From Trichosphaerium sp. ATCC 40318 (lineage: Eukaryota > Protista > Tubulinea), in assembly GCA_038496445.1 (NCBI GenBank), contig JALMLS010000556.1, positions 186,001-250,000 of the forward strand: 64,000 nt of DNA. The letters are read 5' to 3'. The stretch's first letter is position 1. Each line of letters begins with the position of its first letter. Made by a program: the position numbers and the translations under genes. The notes under the pieces were generated by a model, which saw only the letters and a program-made list of their open reading frames with translations, had not been told where the DNA came from and searched no databases. Below are positions 26,362-36,817 of this stretch, one piece after another.

Positions 26362-26799
26362 TTTCAATACGTATCAAGTTCGTTTAGTACCAAGACGTGG
26401 CTTTCGTGTTGTGTACGGCGAATAATCCCAAATTAGGCAAGTTTTTTACGCCGATGAATGTATTCTACCCAATACAGTTAAATTTCGCTACTACGCTGTC
26501 CATTTAACGTATTAGTAGTATATGAAATACTAATACAGCGGGATAAATACAGAATACCGAACTAATACTTGGATTGCAAGCTACGCCACTGTGGTTACAG
26601 TGACATCAATATCAATATTCTCCGTGCTTCTCGGTGTTCGGACAAATTTACGGAACTCCTTACAATGGGTAGAACAGCTTGTGAGCGGTATCAACAGAAA
26701 CAGACAAAAAACGGTTTTTAGAGAATGCATTTCATTCGCTTATTTAAGAATGGCGCATCACAGTTTCATAAATTTGTGAAAAAATGTTTTTGTAAAAAA

Positions 26800-27032
26800 A
26801 GTTGTTTGACTGTTGGTACTTTTCCTCGGCACAGCATAAACGAATCACAAAAAGGTCTTTAAAACTATAAGTATAGTATCCTAGGTACAAGCTAAAAATA
26901 ATAATTGAATGATTAAAATGATTCTTAGGTGAGTAAAAAGCGTTCTCAAAGATTCTCGAAATCCGTGAAATTTCAAAAATTACAATGTACAATTTTCGAA
27001 ACTGGCTCAAAACCGATGCTGCCCCATAGTCA
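26800..27032 (-). repeat. Dispersed ~225-bp repeat, copy 2
   Basis: Reverse complement reads tgactatggggcagcatcggttttgagccagtttcgaaaatt..ttttactcacctaagaatcat..ctatacttatag..gattcgtttatgctgtgccgaggaaaagtac. Confidence 0.8.
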
Positions 27033-27105
27033 TTTTTGTTGAAACCTGGTTTATTAATGAGTTGTTACATCGGTAAAGCGTGGTTTTGATAAAATTGAGG
27101 GTACT

Positions 27106-28098
27106 TTACACAGATCCCCACAGTTTTTTGAGCTGTGCAAGGAGAACTTGGGAGTGCACAACTTTAATTGTATGAACACTTGAAAGTGCTTTGATACCTT
27201 CTTCAGTGACACGTGTGTTACTTACATCAATTGAATGACATGCTCTAAATACTGTGGAACTGTTATTACTTACCCAAGTTTGATTTAAAGTAATAGAATG
27301 ACATCCTACCAATGCTTTCACTCCTTCATCTGTCACCTTTGTGATAGCCAGGTTTATCGTGTGAACTCCTTTCAACGCCTTGACCCCTTCGTCTGTAACC
27401 CTGGTTGCACACAAGTCAATTGTATGGACACCTGCGAGTGCTTTGACGCCTTTATCCGTAACCTTGGTACAACACAAATTGATGTTGTGAACGCCTTTGA
27501 GTGCTTTGACACCTTCATCTGTAACTTGAGTATTCCGAATATTTATAGTATGAACACCAGCAAGATGTTTGATTCCTTCGTCTGATACTTTAGTAAAAGC
27601 AAGATCAATGGTATGAACTCCAGCAAGTGACTTAATACCATCGTTTGTCAAGTGTTGACTTGTACAAAAATTGATAGTATGGATACCAGCAAGCTGCTTT
27701 GCTTGTTTGTCGGTTACATCACCAATACTAATAGATCGAATATTCTTCATTTGATTGATATCGAAGTTCTTTGGTACAGCACATGCAGTAAAATCTTGGA
27801 CATTTTGAAGATACTTGAGATGTCTTCGATTGAACTTGTAAGCTAAATAGATACGTTCTGTTTTGATGAGCCTTGGGCATTCTTTGTAAAGTTTCTTGAG
27901 CTTCTTTTTTGATGTAATAGTAACAATTCTTCTCTTTTTTCCGTAATTCAAGTGATTGATAGCAATTTGTTCCATGAGTTTAGATGTGCGTACAACTGAA
28001 TGCATTGATGTATATGAAACGAATTGAAGTATATTAACGGTGACTTCTGGAGGTATTTCATCAAAGAATCGAATTATTTTGATTTTGTTAAAGGTCAT
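27106..28098 (-). CDS. Intronless F-box + 22-aa LRR protein, copy C
   Basis: FFDEIPPEVTVNILQFVS plus repeats of L[AK]GVHTI[DN]Lxx TxVTDEGVKA; paralog of 11718-12892. Confidence 0.9.
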   Translation of the reverse strand: MTFNKIKIIRFFDEIPPEVTVNILQFVSYTSMHSVVRTSKLMEQIAINHLNYGKKRRIVTITSKKKLKKLYKECPRLIKTERIYLAYKFNRRHLKYLQNVQDFTACAVPKNFDINQMKNIRSISIGDVTDKQAKQLAGIHTINFCTSQHLTNDGIKSLAGVHTIDLAFTKVSDEGIKHLAGVHTINIRNTQVTDEGVKALKGVHNINLCCTKVTDKGVKALAGVHTIDLCATRVTDEGVKALKGVHTINLAITKVTDEGVKALVGCHSITLNQTWVSNNSSTVFRACHSIDVSNTRVTEEGIKALSSVHTIKVVHSQVLLAQLKKLWGSV

Positions 28099-29042
28099 TG
28101 CTACGAGTCTGTATTGATGATAAACAGGCTATAATTGCTTTCTAGATGGTAATGTTTAAGTACTCCGATAATCAGAGCAGTTGCAATGCGCGTTGAAGCC
28201 GAAAAAATATGAAAAATTTGCTGTTTTCAATCACTGTCGGTTTTCAATCTAGATTATCTTTCAATCTGTTCTGCACGGATATCAAAAGCTCTAAAGTCGG
28301 AATTATTGCGTCATTCAAGCATTGAATTGATTTGCTTTTGTGTTGCTGCTTATTAGAAAAAAGAGTCCTATGGCGATTGATGTCCACGCTCACTGACTTC
28401 TCCTATTACAACTGTTCTGATTAGACAAGTATCTAGCGATGCTGATATAGTTAGATGTAGGTCGATTCAAGCAGTTGTAACAAACACAGCATGAAAAACT
28501 GCTATTGTTCCTCTACATCTTGAAATACAAATTAATTCAAAATAATAAGAAATACCGTAGGTAGAACACAGGCGAGTCATCATACCCACCAGTCCCATTC
28601 TTTAATATTAACACATGGAGCTTTCCATCCTGAGTATTTTTTTGGCTTCTGGATCAGCAAACGGGATAGAATAGTCTGTGACAGCATCACAACCTTCCGT
28701 TGTTCCAGTCAGAAAACCAACAAACAAAGTACTTCGTTGCACTAACTTAGCTTATGATATCTAACTCCTCATCAGTAAGAATCTCAGCGCCAAACCCCTC
28801 ATGTTTGTGTTTGAGCCACCTACATATTGAGTCTTCCTCCATACCCTTGGTACGTACAATTTTTACTCCTGCCATACGTGGGTACGTAACCAACAACTAT
28901 AAGCCATGCACATCGCCTAATTTTATATGACCTTTCCTAGCTGCGAACAAGGTTGACTGACTTGCACTTGAGCTTGGAGCACGTGCGACTTACACAATTA
29001 CCAGTTCATCTACCAAGATAAGCAGTTCGCTAAGCTATAAAC

Positions 29043-30747
29043 CATGAACCGGGTTCCAAAAACCGAAAACCTGCTTTCAAGACTTAACCAATTCTCTTAA
29101 CACATCAACGGCAACAAATTAAAACCAAAGAAATTCACAATGCATAATGTGCGGTTCGTGATACTATTCGTTTTAATGTTTACAAACCCAAGGTGTTCTC
29201 TAAAACGCCTTATGAAAGAAATGGAGATAAGGCTCCTTATTTTGAAGCGGAAATAGTTGACGAAAGGTTTGTTTGCTTTATACGCTACCTTTTTCTCATT
29301 TATCTTCTACAGGCGCGATATGGCGATAGGTTTCTCTCCCAAAAATTATACTGGAATGCTGCCAGGGGACTACCAAAAGTATGCAAATTACTCTTACATT
29401 TGCCGAATTTTTTTGTCACGTGCACGTGACCACGATGCTTTTTAAGTCTTATTTTTGCCTCGTCTGCGCTTACACTGATACGTAGTTCATATGGATACAT
29501 CGCTGATGGTAACACAAAGCATAATGGAGAAGTTGGCATCAAAACAGAACCGTTCAATAAGGGTGACATTGTCGGTTTTGGTTTCATTGAAGACTCCTTC
29601 AGAAGGGCTTGTTTGTTTGCTACACGCAATGGAAAGTTCCTCGGTATCATGTTCTATGATATACCACGTGGTATGGATCTATACGGAGTCGGTAAGTCAC
29701 ATTATAAAATCAAACGTAATGTAATGACTTTTTGTGTTTAAGTTGGAACTTCCCATCCTGGTACTATAAAGCCAAACTTTGGATCGAAGCCATTCAAATT
29801 CGATGTCAACACATTAAAGACGCGCCCTGAGCTTATTGCTGATGATATCAATCACATTGGAAAACTAGCAGAAGAGCTGACATTAAAAATCTTAGAAGTG
29901 CGCCAATCTAATTTTCTGAAACTTATTTTTTTCTCGTTTTTAGCATACTGTAACAGAAAAAGGTTACTTTCTTTGCAATCTAGCACTTGTATCAAAATCT
30001 GTAAAGTCAATAAGTAGCGATAATTCGATATGGAAACCACTTTACTTTCGTTCTTTTGCCAACCAAAATAAGAACTTGAAAGTAAAGTCATGGAAAAAAA
30101 TGTTTTTGGCAAGGTACCACTTTATTGTATTTCTTCCCTGTCCTACCATCTTTATAATGAATTAGTACTTACGGTTTTGCTCAGAAAAGAAAAGTTAAAG
30201 CACGTTAAGAGATCACGTCATCGGTCATCAACAATAGGTACCATTCTTAACAAAATCAATACCTCTCAGCCTGTCCTTGTATTGTGCACTTATTAGTTGG
30301 CTGCTTACTTGCTACTAAAACCATTCTTCATTGTGTTTGTTGACATTATCGAACCTAAAACATGATTGTGTTGCAACATGATCAAGCCCTTTTTTTTTTT
30401 GTCTGTTTTTTTTTCTGATAATTCAATTAGAGAACTGTGCATTGGACTTCGAATGTCCTATGCTCTGGGAGAATCTTCAAAAAGCTCCACATGACAAAAG
30501 ACAAGTAAGTGTAATGAAAGCTGGTGATAAGGGTTTTTGTGAAAAGTGTAGCTGCGATGTTTATGTAGTTACAAAAGATACAGCACAATCGTAAGTCTTT
30601 CTTCTACTTTGTCTTTTTGTTCTTGCTAAACACCTCTGTAGGCATATTGAACGTGGACATTGCATTTCTTTTTATGTTCAACAACCATATGGTAAAGTAA
30701 GGAAAACAGGCAGTCGTAGGGTTGTATTACCTACAAGAAAGAAGTAA
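29043..30747 (+). CDS. SPRY + F-box + Cys-rich (putative Zn-binding) protein; possibly a pseudogene
   Basis: YFEAEIV, MAIGFSP..MLPG, SYGYIADG, FNKGDIVGFG, ATRNGKFLG, NFGSKPFKFD (SPRY). LAEELTLKILE..ALVSKS..SDNSIWK (F-box). ENCALDFECPMLWENL..FCEKCSCDVY..HIERGHCISF. There is an in-frame stop near 29097 and some frame breaks. Confidence 0.7.
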
Positions 30748-30913
30748 ATTCAAAAATTATGAAATATTACTTCTATCCTTGTGCAACCATTGGGATCATA
30801 ATAAATACTTAGCTACCTTTTTTTAAGAACTGCTCTACGTGCTTCATAACTTAGGTTAAGTGCTTATGAAACTGCAATTGGCAGGTCTTTTGCATACGAA
30901 GAGCAATATATCG

Positions 30914-31018
30914 CATGATACCGAGGAACTTTCCATTGCGTGTAGCAAACAAACAAGCCCTTCTGAAGGAGTCTTCAATGAAACCAAAACCGACAATGTC
31001 ACCCTTATTGAACGGTTC
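30914..31018 (-). repeat. Perfect 105-bp inverted copy of SPRY exon segment 29547-29651
   Basis: The reverse complement is identical to gaaccgttcaataagggtgac...ggaaagttcctcggtatcatg. Confidence 0.95.
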
Positions 31019-31536
31019 GCAGTCATATTATCCACTACATTAACCGCACCTTCTTCTGAAGTATATCAAAAGACACATATGTAAGGTTGTTTTGAGGTTG
31101 GCAAGAATATTACGTGACGAATTAAAATACAAGAAACTGGGAAATGTAGCAGGTGTTGCTCAGTAGTAATCAATTTGAAACTGTTTTGCATGCGAAGAGC
31201 AATATATTGCAAACGCTTCAGCGCTGTAACACGTGATTCCTCTGAGTGCGTTCATTGAATTGTACAACTCGAATCCTCTCGTTGGAGCCCGTTGAGTCTC
31301 GGATCAATAACTGAATATCTTCATGTTACACTTGCTTGTTGATATGTACACTGTACAAACTACTGAATAAACTTGACTATTTGTCAGTTTTGATCTACAT
31401 AAACGAATTTAAGTAACAAAGCATAAACCACAAAAGAAGCTAGCAATACTACTTGTACGAGAATAATTTATTTTTCTAGCAAGATAAAAATAATTACCCT
31501 CATTGTTTTCAATAGTCCAAAAAACCAACAATAAGC

Positions 31537-32805
31537 ATGTACAAGACAGTTATCGTTCTCATTTTGGCGGTTTTAGGCACATGCTATTGTCAAAGACCTC
31601 CCAGCTTTATTCATGCTACCCCACCCGTGATGTCGCCTAATAGCGATGTAATTACAGTTAGTTTAGACGTCTTAGGAAGTACATAAGCTACAAGATTTGA
31701 GCCACATATTTTTATCAAATGCTCTTCCAAAAGCCTATTACCTAAGGCTTACTTTTAGCGCCCCAAGTTTTTGGTGTTCGATTCACAGGTCTCACACAAG
31801 TAGTTGGCTCACCATTATCTACTGCATTAAGTACGTAGTTCATATTCCAAAGAAGAAATGAGCTCACGTGACGGATGTTTTTGACTTAAAACAACTGTTT
31901 TTGTAGTACCTGCTCTGGATGGTTCTCTGTTGGTGTATTTCCAAGGAGGAGAGTTTGTAGTAAAGACAGAAAGTGATGTTGAGATATGTAGAGGAAATAA
32001 TGGATTGGTCGGAAGTGCCGTTTACAACGGCGGAAATTTTATTTCAGAAAACACGTTTTTCATATTCAGGACAGATATACAGCAGTTTGTGGAGTACACT
32101 TTTGATCCATCTTCGCCTGATTGTATTTCGGCACCTGTTCTATCATGTTCATTGACAGAATTGGTTACAGAGTGTATGTGGGAGGATCATAGAGTCAGGA
32201 ACTTACAAAGCTTTAAAAATGTTTATGTTTATTTTCATCAAATCTCAAACGACTACATTATGTGCAAAAAGAAATACTAAACTTCACATAGTTGTCATTG
32301 ATGGAGATGTAGTTTACATGTTATTAAGAATTGGAAATGGGCTAGAAATTCATCAGTTCCCAACTTCAACATTTACATCTGGATCATGCGCATTTTCTTT
32401 TAATGCTATGACATCGCTAACACCCGGGTTGTCACCTGATGTTGTTGTATTAGAAACATTAGATGATGATAGACTCATAATTCAGTCTGCGCTAATGACT
32501 TCACAAGTAGACAAAGTAACAGGCATGTTGCAGTGACATAACAGATACTTCATCCAAGGTTAACAATGTTCTAATTAGGAGTTGTAACTAATTACGGACC
32601 AAGTATTGTTTTCCCATTCTCTTACTATCCTGGGTTTGCTGGACCAACTGGACCAACGTGTGTTTCACGGTAAGACAGAGATCTTTCTTTTCTTTTTTTT
32701 TTCTGAGTTCTTTTCGTAACTGAACCAAGGCCTTGTTTAAACCTGTTATTTAGGAAACGATCAATACATTCTGATGAAGAAAGAATACAGCTTTTACGTC
32801 GTTAA
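31537..32805 (+). CDS. Secreted protein family, copy 1 (6 exons, about 285 aa)
   Basis: Signal peptide MYKTVIVLILAVLGTCYC|QRPP; exons splice in frame (intron 4 has a GC donor); ends GPTCVSR|KRSIHSDEERIQLLRR*. Confidence 0.85.
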
Positions 32806-33035
32806 TGAGCAACACCAAATAAAGCAAAACCTCCCTAATTGGTTTTGGATGTTTTTATTGTTGCAGAATGAGCACAAGTTGCTGAAGTTTAGTGTCACAT
32901 TATTGTGTTACATTGACTCAAAAGTCTTGATGGTGAGAAATTGTAAGAGATAGAGATATTTGAAACGTCAAATTTGAAGATCTGGCCCACTTCTAAATTT
33001 GATCATACAATCTGAAACTAGCGGTCTAAAACAGC

Positions 33036-33862
33036 ATGTACAAGACAGTTATCGTTCTCATTTTAGCGGTTGTAGGCACATACTATTGTCAGAGATCTCC
33101 TAGCTTTATTCACGTTGCCCCACCCGTGATGTCAACTAATGGTGATGTACTTACGGTTAGTACAGACCTCTCAGGAAGTACGTTTGCTTTACAAGACTTC
33201 GCCCCACTGTCATATTTTTGCTTTGTTCTCCAACTGTCATATAAGGCTTTCCTTTTAGTGGCTGAGCCTTCAATGTTCAATTCACAGACCTCATACAGGT
33301 AAAAATAATGGACACTATATCTACCGCGCTAAGTATGTGTTCGTATTCCAAAGAAACAAAACCCTCTCCAGCGATAAGTCACCAAATAGAACAAACCTTT
33401 TGAAGTCAGGCGACTTGGACTTAAATAACTATTTTTGTAGTACCTGCTCTGGATGGTTCTCTGTTGGTGTATTTCCAAGGAGAAAACTATATTGTAAAGA
33501 CAGAAAGTGATGTTGAGATATGTAGAGGAAATAATGGATTGGTCGGACAAACATTTATCATTTCCCAAGTTCAACACTTCCGGAGCACCATGCCATTTTG
33601 ATTTTAATGTCATGTCAGTGTCGATTGAAGGAGCATTAGAAAGATTAGATGACAATATACTCATATTAGGTGATTCTATCTCTTCAGAGGTAGACAAAAG
33701 TAACAGGTAGGTTATTCTTTAAAAACAAAAGCTTCATCCAAAGGGTTAACAGCTTTTAACCTAGGTAATGTACAACATTACGGACCGGATATTTTTTTAC
33801 CATTTAAATACTACTCTGGTTTCGCTCCACCAACTGGACCAGCATGTGTTTCACGGTAAGAC
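33036..33862 (+). pseudogene. Secreted protein family, copy 2 (internal deletion from exon 3 to exon 4, frameshifts, last exon displaced)
   Basis: Same signal peptide. Near 33550 it jumps from GNNGLVG directly to exon-4-like FPSST..GAPCHFDF. Homology stops just after the intron-5 donor (gtaagaca). Confidence 0.8.
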
Positions 33863-34099
33863 ATAATCAAGTTCAGGAAACAAAAAGTCTTGTGTATTAG
33901 AGCTGTGGACCATACATAGTTGTTGTGTTGCTACAACTTCAAACTTTACAAAAGATTCTCAAATAGTTCTGTTTGACACAGTTGTTGTGCTACTTATAGA
34001 GCTGTCACGTGACTATTTTTGATTTCCCGGCTTGTTCACAGTTCAAAATTTCGATGGCCTTTCGTTGTAGGAGTAAGTGTCTTGTTAAATACGTTAACA

Positions 34100-36131
34100 A
34101 GGTGGGAAAAAAGGGTGAAGCAAAGTGACAACGAAGATGATTTAAGTCAAATGACTTTCGGTTTTATTGAAAAAACACAACAATACACATGGAAACGGAA
34201 ACTGGATTAACGGCTTTACCTTACGTACGCTCCAAACGCGCTTTTAAACGTTATTGTGTATTTGTGTTTTTAAACGTTACAACACTGTGTTTAGTACTAA
34301 ACTACCGCCAGGAGATGATGATAGAGGTTACCTCATTGCTTGACGTAGCATCTGAGGTTTATTTTTACTCAACTTGCAAACAATTCCTTGTAGTACGCTA
34401 TACACAACTACAACGCATCTGTTTACCATTTTTTAATAGTTATTGAACGATTCATCCCGTTGGCAAGCCAGAATTCACCGAGAGTTCGGACAAGTCATTT
34501 TTCCTTGTTATTCTGTTTCAGATTCATCAAAATGGAAGGACCTTTATATTAGTGTGTTATCTCGTACGCTTTAAGTAGCTTTCTGACGACAAGCCAATGT
34601 GATTAATTATTCCAAAAGGAGGTATTCCTGGTGCTTCGTTGGTTCCTCACCATCGTGTTATTTCAGAATTTAATGAAGGTGATAAAACATGGCATATTAA
34701 ACATTTGGAGCCCCCCCGATCTAGAGCTATACGTCGTGTTGTGGTAAAACTTTAATTGAGAGTTGGTTTTTGTTTTTGTGGAGATAATCGTGATTGTCTT
34801 ACTTTTTGCATTACCAAGTCACGTGGCTTCAATTGACTCCACTTTTATCTTTTTTTTCTTTTCTTTATCTAATATTTTTGTTTTTTCATATAGACAGTTC
34901 AGACAACTCATGGATGGAATTTAAAGTGTGCAAGCAAGACTACTTTTGCAAATTGTATTATTGGTTATTACGAATCTGAAATTACAGGTTGTGGAAGGAA
35001 CGAAAAGTACGTTCATTCGCAATGTTTCTCCTAAAAAACTTACACACTTTTTTTTCATTGAAATGACAACTTGTTTAATTATAACGTTTCTTTTAGGTCT
35101 GTGGGTGTTGGTATAGGGCTAATAGATTATGTTCAATCGGAAAGAATGATCGGTTGGGCTACAAGTTAGTGACTACTGACAGTCTGCAAATCTAGAATTT
35201 TTTTAAATGTTTTTTTTAACTTTCTTTTTTAACAATCTCTAGGCTCTTGGGCGATGCATAGTGATGATATGGGTAAGTTATTTTCCTTAATAATACAACA
35301 AAAAACTAAATTAGTGATTTCTTATTCCTGCCAGGCAAATATTTTGGGTCTTCTGCTTATGCTACGTCTTTTATGGGCGGTGAATCTAAACACTTGGCTC
35401 TTGGTACCATAATAGGTACATCAAATCATTTTCTAGTAAATTATAGTCAACACGCTGAAACACACTACCAACATACAATTAAAGATGTAAAGCCAATTGG
35501 CAAGTTTTTCTTTGAAATGCAGATTCAAGAAAAGAAAAAAAAAAAGACAACATCCTTGCTGACTTCTGCCGCCTTTACGTGGGAGTGTATCTCTCCACAT
35601 TACAAAATGAAGGCTCATATATATTTATTTTGTTATTATTTAACTTTCTAAAGGATGTGGTTTAACTACTAAAGTGATTGAAGAACTCCCTGAAAAGCGT
35701 GTTGAGTTATATGCTTTTTGGACAGTTGATGGTGATTTGAAGCATGTTGAGCTGATTGACAGGTCTTGTACCTTTGATATGATCGAATCACTACGACCAA
35801 CAGTTAGTTTACTAACTGTTGGTGACATGCTACGCTTAAACTTTGGTTTGGTACGTACAGTTTATCATAAAAAAACCCAACAACAAATGCCAAAAAAAAA
35901 AAAAGAAAAAAACAGGATCCTATTGCTCTCTCCGTCTCATTTTTTTTACCCTTAATTATACTTTGGTTACTTATAGGGTGTTACTTGTTCCATTTTCTCA
36001 TTTGTTTCTAGGGTAAACCATTCTTGTTCGATGTAAGAAAAAATTACAACAAAGGAACAATTTTAAAACAAAGTACTACTGATACTACAAAACCAAAAGC
36101 AAAACAACAGTTTGATGGTCTCTTCTTTTAA
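34100..36131 (+). CDS. SPRY (RanBPM-like) domain protein; 5' end unclear
   Basis: YYESEITG, VGVGIG..MIGWAT|GSWAMHSDDM|GKYF, GTIIG|CG..AFWTVDG..LRPTVSL..LRLNFG|KPFLFDV. Confidence 0.75.
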
Positions 36132-36199
36132 GTCAAAATCTCCATGTAAAATAAACATCATTTTGCCTGCCGTGTTGTTCCTCTGTACAAAACACAGAG

Positions 36200-36410
36200 A
36201 TGGACCAACTGGACCAACGTGTGTTTCACGGTAAGACAGAGATCTTTCTTTTCTTTTTTTTTTCTGAGTTCTTTTCGTAACTAAACCAAGATCATCTTGT
36301 TGAAACCTGTTATTTAGGAAACGATCGATACATTCTGATGAAGAAAGAATACAACTTTTACGTCGTTAATTCTCATGTTTATGATCAACACTAAATAAAG
36401 CAAAACGCGC
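36200..36410 (+). pseudogene. Orphan 3' fragment of the secreted family (end of exon 5, intron 5, exon 6, 3' UTR)
   Basis: ggaccaactggaccaacgtgtgtttcacg|gtaagacagagatc..tatttag|gaaacgatcgatacattctgatgaagaaagaatacaacttttacgtcgttaa. Confidence 0.9.
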
Positions 36411-36817
36411 CGCATCTTCATAACAATTGTTTTGATTGTATTTAGAACAAGAATATGCAAGTATATTCTTAGATATCCACAGTGTTTTTACTTGTGAATC
36501 AAACGCACTAACCTTTTTTCTGTTTTAATCCTACCGTGCTTTGCCTGATAACATGCCTGTAATTCTTTTTTACTTTATCTGAGTCTTAGATGTCACTTTT
36601 TATAAACAACCATAAAGAGTGCTAAGTAGAAGGTAAATGTTGGATGTACATATTTTTTCAATGAATAAAAACAAGCGCTTCATAAACACTTCTAAATACG
36701 AAAGTACCACGAAACAAGCCGGAAATAAACCTTGTACGATGATAACAATAAAATATAACCAATAAGAGCAACGAGAAAGTTACCCTACTCATTTGTTTTC
36801 AATAGGTCTAACACAGC

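Noticed and set aside
26678-26696. lac-operator-like TTGTGAGCGG
   Set aside because: Only a 10-bp match with no other vector sequence around it; consistent with chance.
28300-29000. Exon-like minus-strand fragments (also 131-430 and 51570-52000)
   Set aside because: There are stops in the candidate frames and no recognisable domain, so a gene call cannot be supported.
34189-34230. METETGL resembling a NUDIX box
   Set aside because: The upstream GX5EX7RE pattern is missing, and the region reads better as part of the SPRY gene in another frame.
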